A stretch of 59,381 nt of DNA from Macrostomum lignano. Taxonomy: Eukaryota. A program made the translations under genes and the position numbers. The stretch covers positions 1 through 59,381 of the forward strand of contig NIVC01001466.1 in assembly GCA_002269645.1 (NCBI GenBank), read 5' to 3'. This document shows, in pieces, positions 24,585 through 35,906 of this stretch (position 1 is the stretch's first letter; the number at the start of each line of letters is the position of its first letter). The notes under the pieces were generated by a model. That model saw only the letters and a list, made by a program, of their open reading frames with translations, was not told where the DNA came from and searched no databases.

Positions 24585-26331
24585 TCAGCAGTAGCCCGCG
24601 CACCATGCGCCGTCCGGCGGGGCACCCTGGCCAGAGGTTTTTCTCGCAGCCGAACACGCTGAACCGGCCAGCGTGGGTGCCCAGAGTCCAGTCCGTCAGC
24701 TTCGAGTACAGGCAGCAGGCTCCACCGCCGCAGCTTCCTCGAAGATCAACTCCGCAGTCTGCGCAGACTTCGATTCCGCAGTTGCGGCAATGCAGCTGGT
24801 TTTGAACGCCCTCGTGGCTTGTCGGGCCTTGGCAGCGCGGGCACCTTGGCTGTCCGTCCGCCGTCTGCTGCTGCTCCTCTTCTTCTGGAATCGCCTCGGC
24901 AGCAGCAGCAGCAGCCTCCGCCTCGTCAGGGACAACTGCTGGCGTCTGTTTGATGTTTTTTGATGTTCGCCGCCAGCTAGTTCGATTTGGCGGCTTCGTG
25001 GCAGCTGGCTTGTCGTTGTCTTTGACTCCCTGTTCGACCTCTTTGGTGTCGCCGCCGCTGCCTGTTGAGCTGCCCGTTGAACGCATCCGGGTTTTTCGCC
25101 AGGAGGTGCGCTTTGATTGGGACTTGTCCGCCGCCTTCTCATTAGGATTCTCATCTGCCGCCGCCTTCTCATCGGGATTCTTATTCGCAGTTGTCTTCTC
25201 ATCGGAATTCTCATCCGCATTTGTCTTCTCATCAGGATTCTCATCCGCCGCCGTCTTCTCATCGAGATTCTCATCCGCAATTGTCCTCTCATCGGGATTC
25301 TCATCCGCAGTTGTCGTCTCATCGGGATTCTCATCCGCAGTTGTCTTCTCATCGAGATTCTCATCCGCCGCCGTCTTCTCATCGAGATTCTCATCCGCAA
25401 TTGTCCTCTCATCGAGATTCTCATCCGCCGCCGTCGTCTCATCGGGATTCTCATCCGCCGCCGTCGTCTCATCGAGTTTCTCATCCGCAATTGTCTTCTC
25501 ATCGGGATTCTCATCCGCCGCCGTCTTCTCATCGAGATTCTCATCCGCATTTGCCTTCTCATCGGTCTTCTCATCGGAATTCTCATTCTCAATTTTCTCG
25601 TCTTGATTATTATCTGTTTTCTCACCATTAGTCTTCTCATCCGTCTTCTCATCTTCGGCTTCTTCAGCGATGTACATCGACATTGATTGGTCTTCGATGG
25701 CAGCTGCAGCTCCAGACTCAGACGTCTGTTCTCGAGCTCTTTTCGAAGCTCGCCTCCAACCGGCTTTCACGGCAGCCTTTTTGTCCCCGCCCTGCTGCTG
25801 CTGCTCCTCTTTTGACTCATCCGCTTTTGTCGACGTCGGTTGATTGCGCGCTTTCTTTGATGCGCGGCGCCAATTCGACTTAGCGCCAGGCGGCCCCGGT
25901 GGCGCCGGCTCCTCAGAGTCGATCTCCTCAGCCACGGCGTCGGATCTCAGTGAGTTGGTCGACGTCGCGCTGATCCGCTTTGAAGCTCGACGCCAACCAG
26001 CTCGACCAGCGCTGGCCTTCTCATCCGCCTTCTCAGTAGTCTTGTCTGCCGAAGAGTTTGCTGACATCGAAGTTAAATCTCGAACTTTTTTGGAGGTTCT
26101 TCGCCAATGTATCTTGGATTCCGACTTGTCATCGGCGGAACTATTAGTGACTCCGCCTACCACGGATTCTACCAGATCTTCAGCCTCCTTTGTTATACTG
26201 ACGTCTTCCATTTGTTTATCTACGGCGGCAGATTCGAGCGTCTTTGTCTCAGTCTTTGTTGTCGCTTTCTTAGAAGCCCGTCGCCACTGGGACTTGGCCG
26301 ACGGTGTCTCGGGTTGGGCTGCTGTCGACAT
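24585..26331 (-). CDS. Large exon of an RNF217-like (RBR-derived) protein: WRRASK repeats, acidic 10-aa repeats, degenerate RING2
   Basis: Open ~580 codons from ATG 26331 (acceptor after a (CT)n tract at 26335) to donor A|GTGAGA at 24584. C-terminal CPRC-x14-CRNC-x4-CADC...GTHAGRFSVFGCEKNLWPGCPAGRRMVRG resembles the RNF217 RING2 and post-RING2 segment as I recall it (GDH..LSIFGC....P.RP..RRLVRG). Confidence 0.8.
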
Positions 26332-26689
26332 TGACTGAGAGACAGAGAGAGAGAGAGAGAGAGATAATAGGATTCTGAGCTCGGGTCTTGCTGTCACGCA
26401 ACAAGCACGCAGACGTCTCGGAGACTCCGCCCAGTTTTTAAGGCCAGATCAGGCCTGGAAGCCACTCCCTTGGGCATTGTATGGTCACAATTTGAGACTT
26501 TTAGCTGCCTTTGACATTCGATTTGCTGTGCCCCAGACCATTGGCTGGGATTTATTATGAAAAAAACGGATAAAAAATAATGATGGAATTTCAACTGGTT
26601 TATTTCGTGTGCAGTTGACATGGTTGTCTGATTTCGAATTTGAGATTTTTGCTGCCTGGATTTTTGGGGTGAGATTAGTGAGAGTGACA

Positions 26690-27035
26690 TCAATGAGGAT
26701 TGACATTAGTGAGAGTGATACTAGTGAGGGTGATAATAGTGAGAGTGGTATTAGTGAGAGTGGTATTAGTGAGAGTGACATTAGTGAGGGTGACATTAGT
26801 GAGAGTGACATTAGTGAGAGTGACATTAGTAAGAGTGACATTAGTGAGAGTGGTATTAGTGAGAGTGACATTAGTGAGAGTGACATTAGTGAGAGTGACA
26901 TTAGTGAGAGTGACATTAGTAAGAGTGACATTAGTGAGAGTGGTATTAGTGAGAGTGACATTAGTGAGAGTGGTATTAGTGAGAGTGACATTAGTGAGAG
27001 TGGTATTAGTGAGAGTGATATTAGTGAGAGTTGTG
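26690..27035. repeat. 15-bp minisatellite (GAGAGTGACATTAGT)
   Basis: Direct reading. Confidence 0.95.
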
Positions 27036-27407
27036 AGACTGAAATTAGGGAGCATTGAATGAGCTCAGACTGGCTCAAATACCGCACACCCTGAAACTGG
27101 GTGAGTTCGCCTTTCCCCTCTGTCCATGCACGGGGGTGAAACTGGCCAGGTGCATGCTTCTCTCAGTCAAAAGGGCGTTGTCAGAAAGGCATTTCCATCT
27201 CCTTTTTTGGGTCTGCAAGGGGACTTGCAGCCACAGACGCTTCCACGCCCTGTTCTGTAACGACTGGGCAGGGCAAGGCGGAATGCTAGGGTACAGGTCA
27301 AAAATATTATTAATAATAGTATTTATATAACTAAAGAATACTTCTGTAAGCCTAATGTTTATTTTTGCGTGACAGATTAATTTCTACCAAATAGTAAAAT
27401 GTTTTGC

Positions 27408-27728
27408 TAATCTAGCCAATCACAATTCAATTGGAATAGAATGGATTGCTAATCTAGCCAATCACAGATCAATTGGAGTTGAATGTTTTGCTAATCTAGC
27501 CAATCACAGATCAATTGGAATAGAATGGATTGCTAATCTAGCCAATCACAGATCAATTGGAGTTGAATGGATTGCTAATCTAGCCAATCACAGATCAACT
27601 GGAGTTGAATGGATTGCTAATCTAGCCAATCACAGATCAACTGGAGTTGAATGGATTGCTAATCTAGCCAATCACAGATCAACTGGAGTTGAATGGATTG
27701 CTAATCTAGCCAATCACGAATCAACTGG
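27408..27728 (-). repeat. Third array of the 42-bp satellite (~7-8 units)
   Basis: Same unit and orientation as 19354-24577. Confidence 0.95.
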
Positions 27729-27763
27729 TATTCAATAAGTTCTAAATGCATGAAAACACTTAC

Positions 27764-27847
27764 GTGAATCAGACCATAGACAATCCGTCTTCAAATTGCC
27801 TTAATCTTTTTTTATTTCCAAGGGACTTTTTCCCAGCTGAGGAAACT
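27764..27847 (-). other. Possible upstream (5' UTR) exon of the RNF217-like gene
   Basis: Perfect minus-strand donor CAC|GTAAGT at 27763; the 5' boundary is unknown and abuts the Harbinger element. Confidence 0.3.
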
Positions 27848-28123
27848 CAGGGGCCGATTTCATAAAAAACTACAAGTTACAAGTGACAAGTCGACAAATG
27901 ACAAGTGACAAGCGTCAACGATTTTGGTTTCATAAACATCACGCGTTACTAGTTTTAAAAATAACTCACTTGTGTGTCCATGGTTGAACCAACTTATAAA
28001 ATATATCGATCCTTTTGACCACAGACCAAAATTTTTGGAGTTATGTCTTGCTTTGCTTTGACGGATTTGCTTAAAAGACGGCCTCTGTGTTCTCGGTCTG
28101 TAACATATACTTTATTCACTGCA

Positions 28124-28843
28124 ATGAAAGACAAAGAGGAAGCGAAGATTTTTTTGCTGGATCGTATCCAGACCGATAGGGAAGTTTTGTTCAGAAAGTT
28201 CACTAGCACATTAACAGAAAAGGACAAGCAAAAAAGTGGCAGGAAATTTTGGAGGCGTGCTCAGAAATGGGCTACAGCTTTGTGCCTGAATCAGCTAAAT
28301 CACTATGGAAATATTTACGAGACACCGTATGGAGCTCCAATTTAAAGAAAAGAGCTCTGGTAAGATATCATACCGTAACTTTGTGCGTTAACGCATTTGC
28401 TGTGATATTATTGTTGCCTTCCTTAAATTTCCGTCTTTCAGAAGAAGCGAGACAAAGGGAACAAAACTGGCAGTGAAGGTGGCAGGGAATTGATGCTAAC
28501 AGCTGTGAACAATCAAGTTCTTGAAATTCGGGGAGAGAATTCAGCTCAGGTGTGCGGGCTGCCTATAGAAGAGTCGGCTGGTCAGTTCGCAGAGACTGCA
28601 TCTGAGCTGTATTATGATGCTATGGATACCGCAGATCGACTCTCCAGTGTTAGAAAGTCAACAGTGCCTGTCGCGGACAGCCAAAGACAACAGCGGAAGA
28701 GACGTGTTATAGATTTTTTGCAGGATGAACGTGTGGAGGAACTGAGAAGAAAACGATGGGAGCAAAATGTTGAGATTCAGCAGTTAAAGAAAAGAAAGCT
28801 TGAACTGGAAATTCAGCTTCTCGAACGTGAGCTGAGCAATTAA
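28124..28843 (+). pseudogene. Harbinger Myb/SANT-like DNA-binding protein (1-nt frameshift, intron 28360-28441)
   Basis: MKDKEEAKIFLLDRIQ...LFRKF...KDKQK[fs in A-run]WQEILEAC...WKYLRDTVW..LKKRAL|KKRDKGNKTGSEGG...VCGLP...KRKLELEIQLLERELSN; canonical GT-AG intron in phase 0. Confidence 0.85.
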
Positions 28844-28988
28844 AGGTGTCTTCTTAAGTTTACTTCGAGTTTACTATTTACTGTGCAAGAAAGTTTACGG
28901 TAGTTCGCATTGTTGCTGTTTTGGTTGTAATAAACGTTCCAAATTAAATGTAAACTAACAGTAACAAAAAAATAACTAATTAACGTAG

Positions 28989-30010
28989 TTACGATACGAT
29001 ACTAGCTATACAGCGACGAGGGTCATTCTGCAGCAGTAGCAGATCCCCGTCGTTTCCGTCCCCAGGTGCAACTTCAATTGCCGCGTCTCCGCCGGCTGCA
29101 TCAGCTTCTTCATTAAAGGAGACAATGAAATTCCGCAGAAGGGAGCAACACTTGACGATCTCGTACGCTGGATCGACGCGCAGTTTACCGGAGAGGCATG
29201 CGAAGCGCTGCTTCAAAATTCCAAAGAAACATTCCGCAAGTCTTCGTGTCTTTGCGTGCACAACGTTGAATTTAGACAGCCTCTGTGAGATTTGCACCAC
29301 TTATTGGAGTGAAGAGCCATTCCTTCAGTCCATAGCTACTGTCTCCGAGGAGAATGGCGTTTGGAAAGGGGCGCCAGCCACCGTCAAATGCGACGCATAA
29401 TGAGCTATTATTCAGCACGCGCTTGTCATTCAGGCGTCCGGGCCATCGCGCAGACAAATAGAAGGCCTGGTTGTTAAGGCCTGCGACTACCATGCAGTTT
29501 CTGGAGTGATTTCCATGCCTGTCCAAGTACTGATCCTCATCGGTTGTTGGAGCAACAATCTGAATGAGTGTTCCGGCAACGCTCGGCATTCCACCAATTC
29601 GATAAATGTCTAACGCAACTTGAATTATTTGTTGATTGGTGACTGGCCAGCGAACAAGCCGGTCAAAAAGCTGTTCGTTTAAGGCCGATACAACTCGTCG
29701 AACAGTTCTACAGATTGTAGCCTTCGAAACTCCGTGTGCGTCTCCAACGACGAAATAGAAGCTACCACAAGCCAGAAATCTTAAAGTGCTCAAAAGTTGC
29801 TCTTGAGCTGTAAGGGCTTTGTTCCTGAGCGTACCATGTTCAATCACCGGACCGATAGTTTGTAAGAGTCTCCACCTGATCCATTCGGAGACGGAAGCGT
29901 TCGGAAAAGTAAAGGCCTTGAGGCTGAAAGTTGATTCGTTCTTTAAAAACTCTTTGCGCAGGTCCTAGAGCCACTAGGAGCTCTAATTCTTCGTCTTCGC
30001 TATCGGACAT
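28989..30010 (-). pseudogene. Harbinger (HARBI1-like) transposase, disrupted
   Basis: Three ORF pieces: LSTLRFLACGSF..VGDAHGVSKATICR, ARWPGRLNDKRV, LLGDSSYGL, RRLAECFFGILKQRFACL. Two frameshifts; SVAGTLIQI lacks the canonical (A/C)IDG. Confidence 0.92.
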
Positions 30011-31257
30011 GAAAAGATAAAACATAAGAAAACGATTTGATAAAAGCTACAAGTGTCACAGCGACTTGTCAAAAACACATGACAAGAAAGTACTTTCACA
30101 CAGAAGCATCCAGCTTTGTGCATGTCTATGGATGAAAACCCCGAAGAAACGCTTGTAATTTGTCAAATTTCGCTTGTCACTTGTCACTTGTAACTTGTCG
30201 ATTTGTCAAGTTGTAGCTGTTTTTTATGAAACGCATTATTTTGAGGAATTGTCATTTGTCACTTGTAATTTGTCCGATAAGTGCTTTATAAAATAGGCCC
30301 CTGCGGAAACTTCTCCATAAGCAATTTATTCATCATTATTTTATTCTTTACGCTCAGTCGTGCTACTGCAATGCAAGCATCAGAATGTCGTTTTGAGTCA
30401 AAAAAGATGCCAAAGAAGCTAATTTTATCCTTTACTGTCGTGCAGGCCTGTTTTCGGAAATTTTACCAGTTGTTCAAGATTTGAAAAATGGCATATAGCT
30501 ATGGCTATATTTAAGAGAAATAAATATCCAGTTCACCGGGTTTATTGTAGCTGTAATATGTAGCTGCTGACGGACAATCAAGAGGCTAATTGGAGATAAT
30601 TTCAGCGTCCTTCAATCAAATTGGGAGGCTGAAGCGATTATGTAGCTTGTCTACCACCACAACCATAGACACAATCTATCATTGTCTGCCTCTAAAACCA
30701 TAGACACAATCTATCATTGTCTACCACCACAACCATAGACACAATCTATCATTGTCTACCACCACAACCATAGACACAATCTATCATTGTCTGCCTCCAA
30801 AACCATAGACACAATCTACCATTGTCTGCCTCCAAAACCATAGACACAATCTATCATTGTCTGCCTCCAAAACCATAGACACAATCTATCATTGTCTGCC
30901 TCCAAAACCATAGACACAATCTACCATTGTCTGCCTCCAAAACCATAGACACAATCTATCATTGTCTACCACCACAACCATAGACACAATCTACCATTGT
31001 CTGCCTCTAAAACCATAGACACAATCGACAGGGACAACTAAAACCCTCGGGACGCGAAACGAGCCAATTCATGGCAAAAAATCTGAGGGGCTCGCTTAAA
31101 AGTATTGTTCTATGGCTTTTTCAAGTCTTCTCTGCTATCAGGCATTAACGGTTAGATTAAATAGTAAAGCGAGGAAATGTCGAGTATTTAATTTAAAGAA
31201 TAGGAACCAGTGATATAATTACAATGTATCTACAATAAAGTAACCGCCATATCAACA

Positions 31258-31690
31258 AAAAAACTCCAACGGCAAGAAGATAAAGGATGAAAGCGAAGAT
31301 GAAACTCCAACGGCAAGAAGATAAAGGATGAAAGCGAAGATGAAACTCCAACGGCAAGAAGATAAAGGATGAAAGCGAAGATGAAACTCCAACGGCAAGA
31401 AGATAAAGGATGAAAGCGAAGATGAAACTCCAACGGCAAGAAGATAAAGGATGAAAGCGAAGATGAAACTCCAACGGCAAGAAGATAAAGGATGAAAGCG
31501 AAGATGAAACTCCAACGGCAAGAAGATAAAGGATGAAAGCGAAGATAAACTCCAACGGCAAGAAGATAAAGGATGAAAGCGAAGATGAAACTCCAACGGC
31601 AAGAAGATAAAGGATGAAAGCGAAGATGAAACTCCAACGGCAAGAAGATAAAGGATGAAAGCGAAGATGAAACTCCAACGGCAAGGAGAT
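31258..31690. repeat. 41-bp minisatellite inside the P-type element
   Basis: AACTCCAACGGCAAGAAGATAAAGGATGAAAGCGAAGATGA x ~10. Confidence 0.95.
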
Positions 31691-31732
31691 AGAAGCAAAT
31701 ACGGAACTCCAAGGACAAGACGACACAAACAG

Positions 31733-33027
31733 TCAGTAGCTCGTACATAAAGGAACCTGGTCCGGATCGTCGACGGCTCGACCCAGAAGGTGACGGCATC
31801 GATATCGAACGGACGGTTGTATGTACATTTCGTCAAACATAATTACGCAGTTTCGCTGAGCTCCTGATAGACTAGCAAAAACTGACTGGATCACATCGGC
31901 TGCGTCGGTTTCTGTGCCAACTTCTCCTGTAACTGCTAGTTGCAGCTGCAGCGTTCGGGGATGAGGCAATGGCAATAGCTTCCGTAGGTAAGAGTAAGCC
32001 GAACTACTGATCAAGTAGAGCAATGCTGACTGTCGCACTAGTGAAATGTCATAGTGGCGATTGTTCCGATTTACTAATGTAAGGCTAAGTTGTCGAATCA
32101 AAAACTGAAGCGACGGATCCAAATCAGAGTCAGAATCTATATCATCACTGATTCTACTAACAAACGCTTCGACTTCACGTTGGGGATTGGCGTCGGAATT
32201 TTTGCACCGCACGACAACAGCATCCAGTTGCGACCAGCGCTTGAGTGTCGGTTGAAATCCCAACAAGTCTCGAACCAAAATCGGTGTATGCAGTTTGAAT
32301 GCACGAATCAGAAAGTTGGGTGAGACAGAAATTCGAACAGACAGGTCTCCATCTTTATCTAACGTAAACAAGTAAACGTCTTCGTTCAGAATAGCTGTGT
32401 TCAGTGCATGTCGAGATACGACATCCGAATTTTTCACCTCAGCTCGAAAACTTTCCCATGCCGGCAAAAATCAAGCAACTGAAAAGCGTCCATCTCATCG
32501 ATGTCGCCGCACCTCGCGTCAGAAAGAACACCGCGCTTTTCGGCCTGTCGGTCCTGGTCTAAAATAAGAGTAAAAATAAAAGTAAGATAATTGTGAGCGG
32601 CAAAATCGATATAGACGCTAAGTGTTGAGCAATCTTTAAGTTACGTACCTTGGTTCTGAACAAAACACGAGCTAGGAACTCTATTGAAAACAGAAGGAGG
32701 ATTAATTGGCCTTTCGGTAGAGTTTTTCTTGACCATTGGAGCATCGCTTGGCCAATGGTTTACGCACACGCCCATATTGTCAGTCACTCTCTAAAATAAA
32801 AAATTTTGGGTTTCAAGTTGTTTGGACGAGACTGGCATGCAGAATTGAAGCGGAATTATGCAACAGTAATGACAGCAAATAATCTGGTTTCTTACCTGGA
32901 GAATATTTGACAGCGCCTTTCTCCATCGCTCTCGCTCCTGAGGATCTCTGGGAAACGCGAATGTCCGTGTTCGAACGGCTTCAGAGTTATTTGACGAGCA
33001 CGGAAATACGCTGCACTTTCTTGGCAT
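31733..33027 (-). pseudogene. THAP-domain P-type transposase, frameshifted and 3'-truncated
   Basis: Exons 33027-32896 (MPRKCSVFPC...FAFPRDPQERERW) and 32790-32649 (VCVNHWP...PPSVF) form a THAP C2CH domain; downstream AYSYLRKLLPLPHPRTL and CVIMFDEMYIQPSVRY are P/THAP9-type motifs. The ORF ends soon after. Confidence 0.88.
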
Positions 33028-34737
33028 TTCATCAAGTGAATAAAAAATGCTTCTCTTGATATAGTTCAGCTTAGCTTCACTGCTGGCCGCAGCTAAAGCA
33101 ATTTTAATTTGCCTGATAGCAGAGAAGACTTGAAAAAGCCATAGAACAATACTTTTAAGCGAGCCCCTCAGATTTTTTGCCATGAATTGGCTCGTTTCGC
33201 GTCCCGAGGGTTTTAGTTGTCCCTGCACAATCGACCATTGTCTACCTCCAAAACCATAGACACAATCTACCATTGTCTGCCTCCAAAACCATAGACACAA
33301 TCTATCATTGTCTGCCTCCAAAACCATAGACACAATCTACCATTGTCTGCCTCCAAAACCATAGACACAATCTACCATTGTCTGCCTCCAAAACCATAGA
33401 CACAATCTACCATTGTCTGCCTCCAAAACCATAGACACAATCTACCATTGTCTGCCTCCAAAACCATAGACACAATCTACCATTGTCTGCCTCCAAAACC
33501 ATAGACACAATCTACCATTGTCTGCCTCCAAAACCATAGACACAATCTACCATTGTCTGCCTCCAAAACCATAGACACAATCTATCATTGTCTGCCTCCA
33601 AAACCATAGACACAATCTACTATTATTTACAAGGCTCGGGGATTGAGTCAGTTCATTGATTGTTTATTTCGATTTATTATTCAGTTTTATTAGCTTCATA
33701 ACTCACTAAATGTTGTTGAAAAACTTTAACCATTTGCTAGCTACGTATACCCTTAGCCCCCAGTCAGCTAAGTCCATCGCGTGCTGTAACTACACTTTTT
33801 GCTAACTTTTTTGCTTTCCCCTTTAAACCATGACCTGCAACTCACTCCCAATTGCATGCTTCTTCAATCGATTAATAAAATAATGCACGTTTTAGAGGGT
33901 TTCTTGCGAGAGAAAGAGCCGCGCCTTTTTTAGTAAGTTCGGAAGTTTTACCCGACTCAACTAAGTTTTTGTTCGTCACAGCTTTGAGTGTAATTAAAAG
34001 AAAATAATTCTACTGACGAGAAGCTTTTCTGTGGAAAAGAATAGAATCTTTGTCGCTGTTCAATAAATGGAGGTAGAGAGGCGTCTACTTGTGCAGTAGG
34101 ATCTTAGAGTATTAGGGGGGAACAACTAGAGCATTTATTAGGATACATTGCATACGTGTAGGATGCAATACATGTACAGAAGATAGAGATCTCATTTTTG
34201 TGAAGATTTAATAGCTAAATCATGATAGAACACAGCTAGATTAGCTACATCTAAATTAATTAGAGGTTACCGGTAGATTGTGACGACCAGCACATGTAGC
34301 TTAAGCATGCGACAAATATGTACGTGCGTTCTTGGACTGTCTTGAACTTACTTCTAAGAAAAATGGGGTGCAGCATCCTTCAACTCTAGTTGTCCATTGC
34401 TTATACGTAAACAAGGCAATGTGAAAATATGGTTTCTAAGGTAAGGAAAGGAAAAAGAAAAAATTGATAAAGATGATGCATGATATTGTTGAATTTTATT
34501 TTCCGGGATTGCCTATCTTGTATAAAGTTTTTGAATGTTCGTCCATGGGACCACACGTGCATCACACCATAGAACCCCCAGGAGCCCCAAAAAACCTGCT
34601 AAAAATACTACAATTGCCATGGACATTGTGATTGGATCATAAACAACTGCACTAGTGCAAGTGGGGCATACCTGCACAATTCAAAATGTCTTGCAGCAGG
34701 TCATGGTATTAATAGAACTCTTGTTACTACAGGTAGC

Positions 34738-35192
34738 TCACGTCAGCATGAGAATCTCCAGCTGCTTAAAGCTGTAGTACCAGCCGTCTGTAACGTTGCT
34801 TGGAGCATTACTAGCCCACACGATGCCCTTGGCCCTGTCTGCAGCTGATACATTCAGCGCGTATGGGTAGTTGAAGTACCGACCGAAAGGTCCACTACAG
34901 TGGCAGCACTTGTGCCAGTGAGGCAAGAAGACAACGGCACAATTAGCCGCGCAGTCACTCCATCCGCGGTCTCGGGTCATAAACTGCATATTAAAAGGGC
35001 CAAATAGGCAGTTTCCAAGACCTCCACCAGGCACAAAGGTGTAAGCAGACAGCGTATAGTTTGTACTTTCAGCCAGAATGTGAATGTTGACGTAGTAGGC
35101 GTAAATGTAAGTGTCGTCCCAGTACAGCAGGTCAACGCGGAACCGGTTGTTACTGGGCTGAGCGCTGGTCCTGGTGTGCAGCCACTCCAGGC
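34738..35192 (-). CDS. PAN-PAN-fibrinogen-domain protein, exon 4 (FReD)
   Basis: GLEWLH..T...RFRVDLLYWD...AYY..I..ES.NYTL...MQFMTRDR...CA...GIVW...YSFKQLEILMLT-stop; TTGCCAG| acceptor in phase 1. Confidence 0.9.
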
Positions 35193-35670
35193 CTGGCAAA
35201 GAAAATAATGTGCTACATGCTGGATTGCATTTGCTGGCTAAATAAGCTCACGCCAAAAAAAGACACATCGTAAGAAAAGTCCAAATTAAGAAAGACACAT
35301 TGCAAACAAGTTCACATCGCTAAAGGCACTTCGTCAAAGACATCCAAGACGCATCGTCAAAGACACATCGGCAAAGACACACACAGGCAAAGACACATAA
35401 TCCAAGACACATCGTCAAAGACACATCGGCAAAGACACACACAGGCAAAGACACATAATCCAAGACGCATCGTCAAAGACACATTGTCAATCAAGTCCAC
35501 ATCGGCAAAGGCAGAGCTAGCATTTTACTAGCTCGAAGCTTCAAAAGCATGAAATTTCACATCATTGAACAGTCTTGACATTCATGCACTCCCGCCAGCT
35601 AAAAACTTGAAGTTGGATACTTTTGAGCTTGAGAAAATATTAAACTTGTGAAACATTTAGTGTGACTAAC

Positions 35671-35803
35671 CAACAAAGTAGTTGTCGTGATAAGTCCCGA
35701 AGCCGGCCTTGTAGTCGGCCCAGAGCCGGTCGAAGCTCAAAGCGTCCGACACTCGAAGATTGACCGTCTCGAAGCACTGCTGGGTTAGAACCGTGTAGAA
35801 CTC
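35671..35803 (-). CDS. PAN-PAN-fibrinogen-domain protein, exon 3
   Basis: EFYTVLTQQCFETVNLRVSDALSFDRLWADYKAGFGTYHDNYFVG contains the FReD hallmark F.R.W..YK.GFG; phase 0-1 GT-AG sites. Confidence 0.88.
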
Positions 35804-35906
35804 CTGCATGAGTTTACAGTGGACGAGTATAACTCTAAGTTCTAACTATAATGTAAATTATGTGCGAAAATACATACAGAATCCTCTGTAAAATAACGTT
35901 GCTCAC

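Larger units (their letters stand above)
27851..30300. mobile_element. PIF/Harbinger DNA transposon (decayed, two convergent genes)
   Basis: TIRs GGGCC(G/T)ATTT(C/T)ATAAA, flanked by CAG and CTG; many subterminal ACAAGTGACAA repeats inverted at the two ends; DDE_Tnp_4-type transposase plus Myb/SANT-like gene. Confidence 0.92.
31029..33225 (-). mobile_element. P-superfamily (THAP9/Galileo-like) transposon derivative
   Basis: Apparently identical 116-bp TIRs (31029-31144 and 33110-33225, CAGGG...CCCTG), 9-bp direct repeat CACAATCGA on both sides, internal THAP plus P-type transposase remnant. Confidence 0.92.
30640..33620. repeat. 35-bp minisatellite (AAAACCATAGACACAATCTACCATTGTCTGCCTCC) interrupted by a P-type element
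   Basis: Arrays at ~30640-31028 and 33226-33620. Confidence 0.92.

Noticed and set aside
24572-26338. Overlapping + strand and alternative-frame ORFs over the RNF217-like exon
   Set aside because: They are shadows of a GC-rich, repeat-containing exon; only the 614-aa frame has domain-like content.
26485-27087. Mucin-like or ice-nucleation-like ORFs
   Set aside because: They are translations of the 15-bp repeat and are open in multiple frames on both strands.
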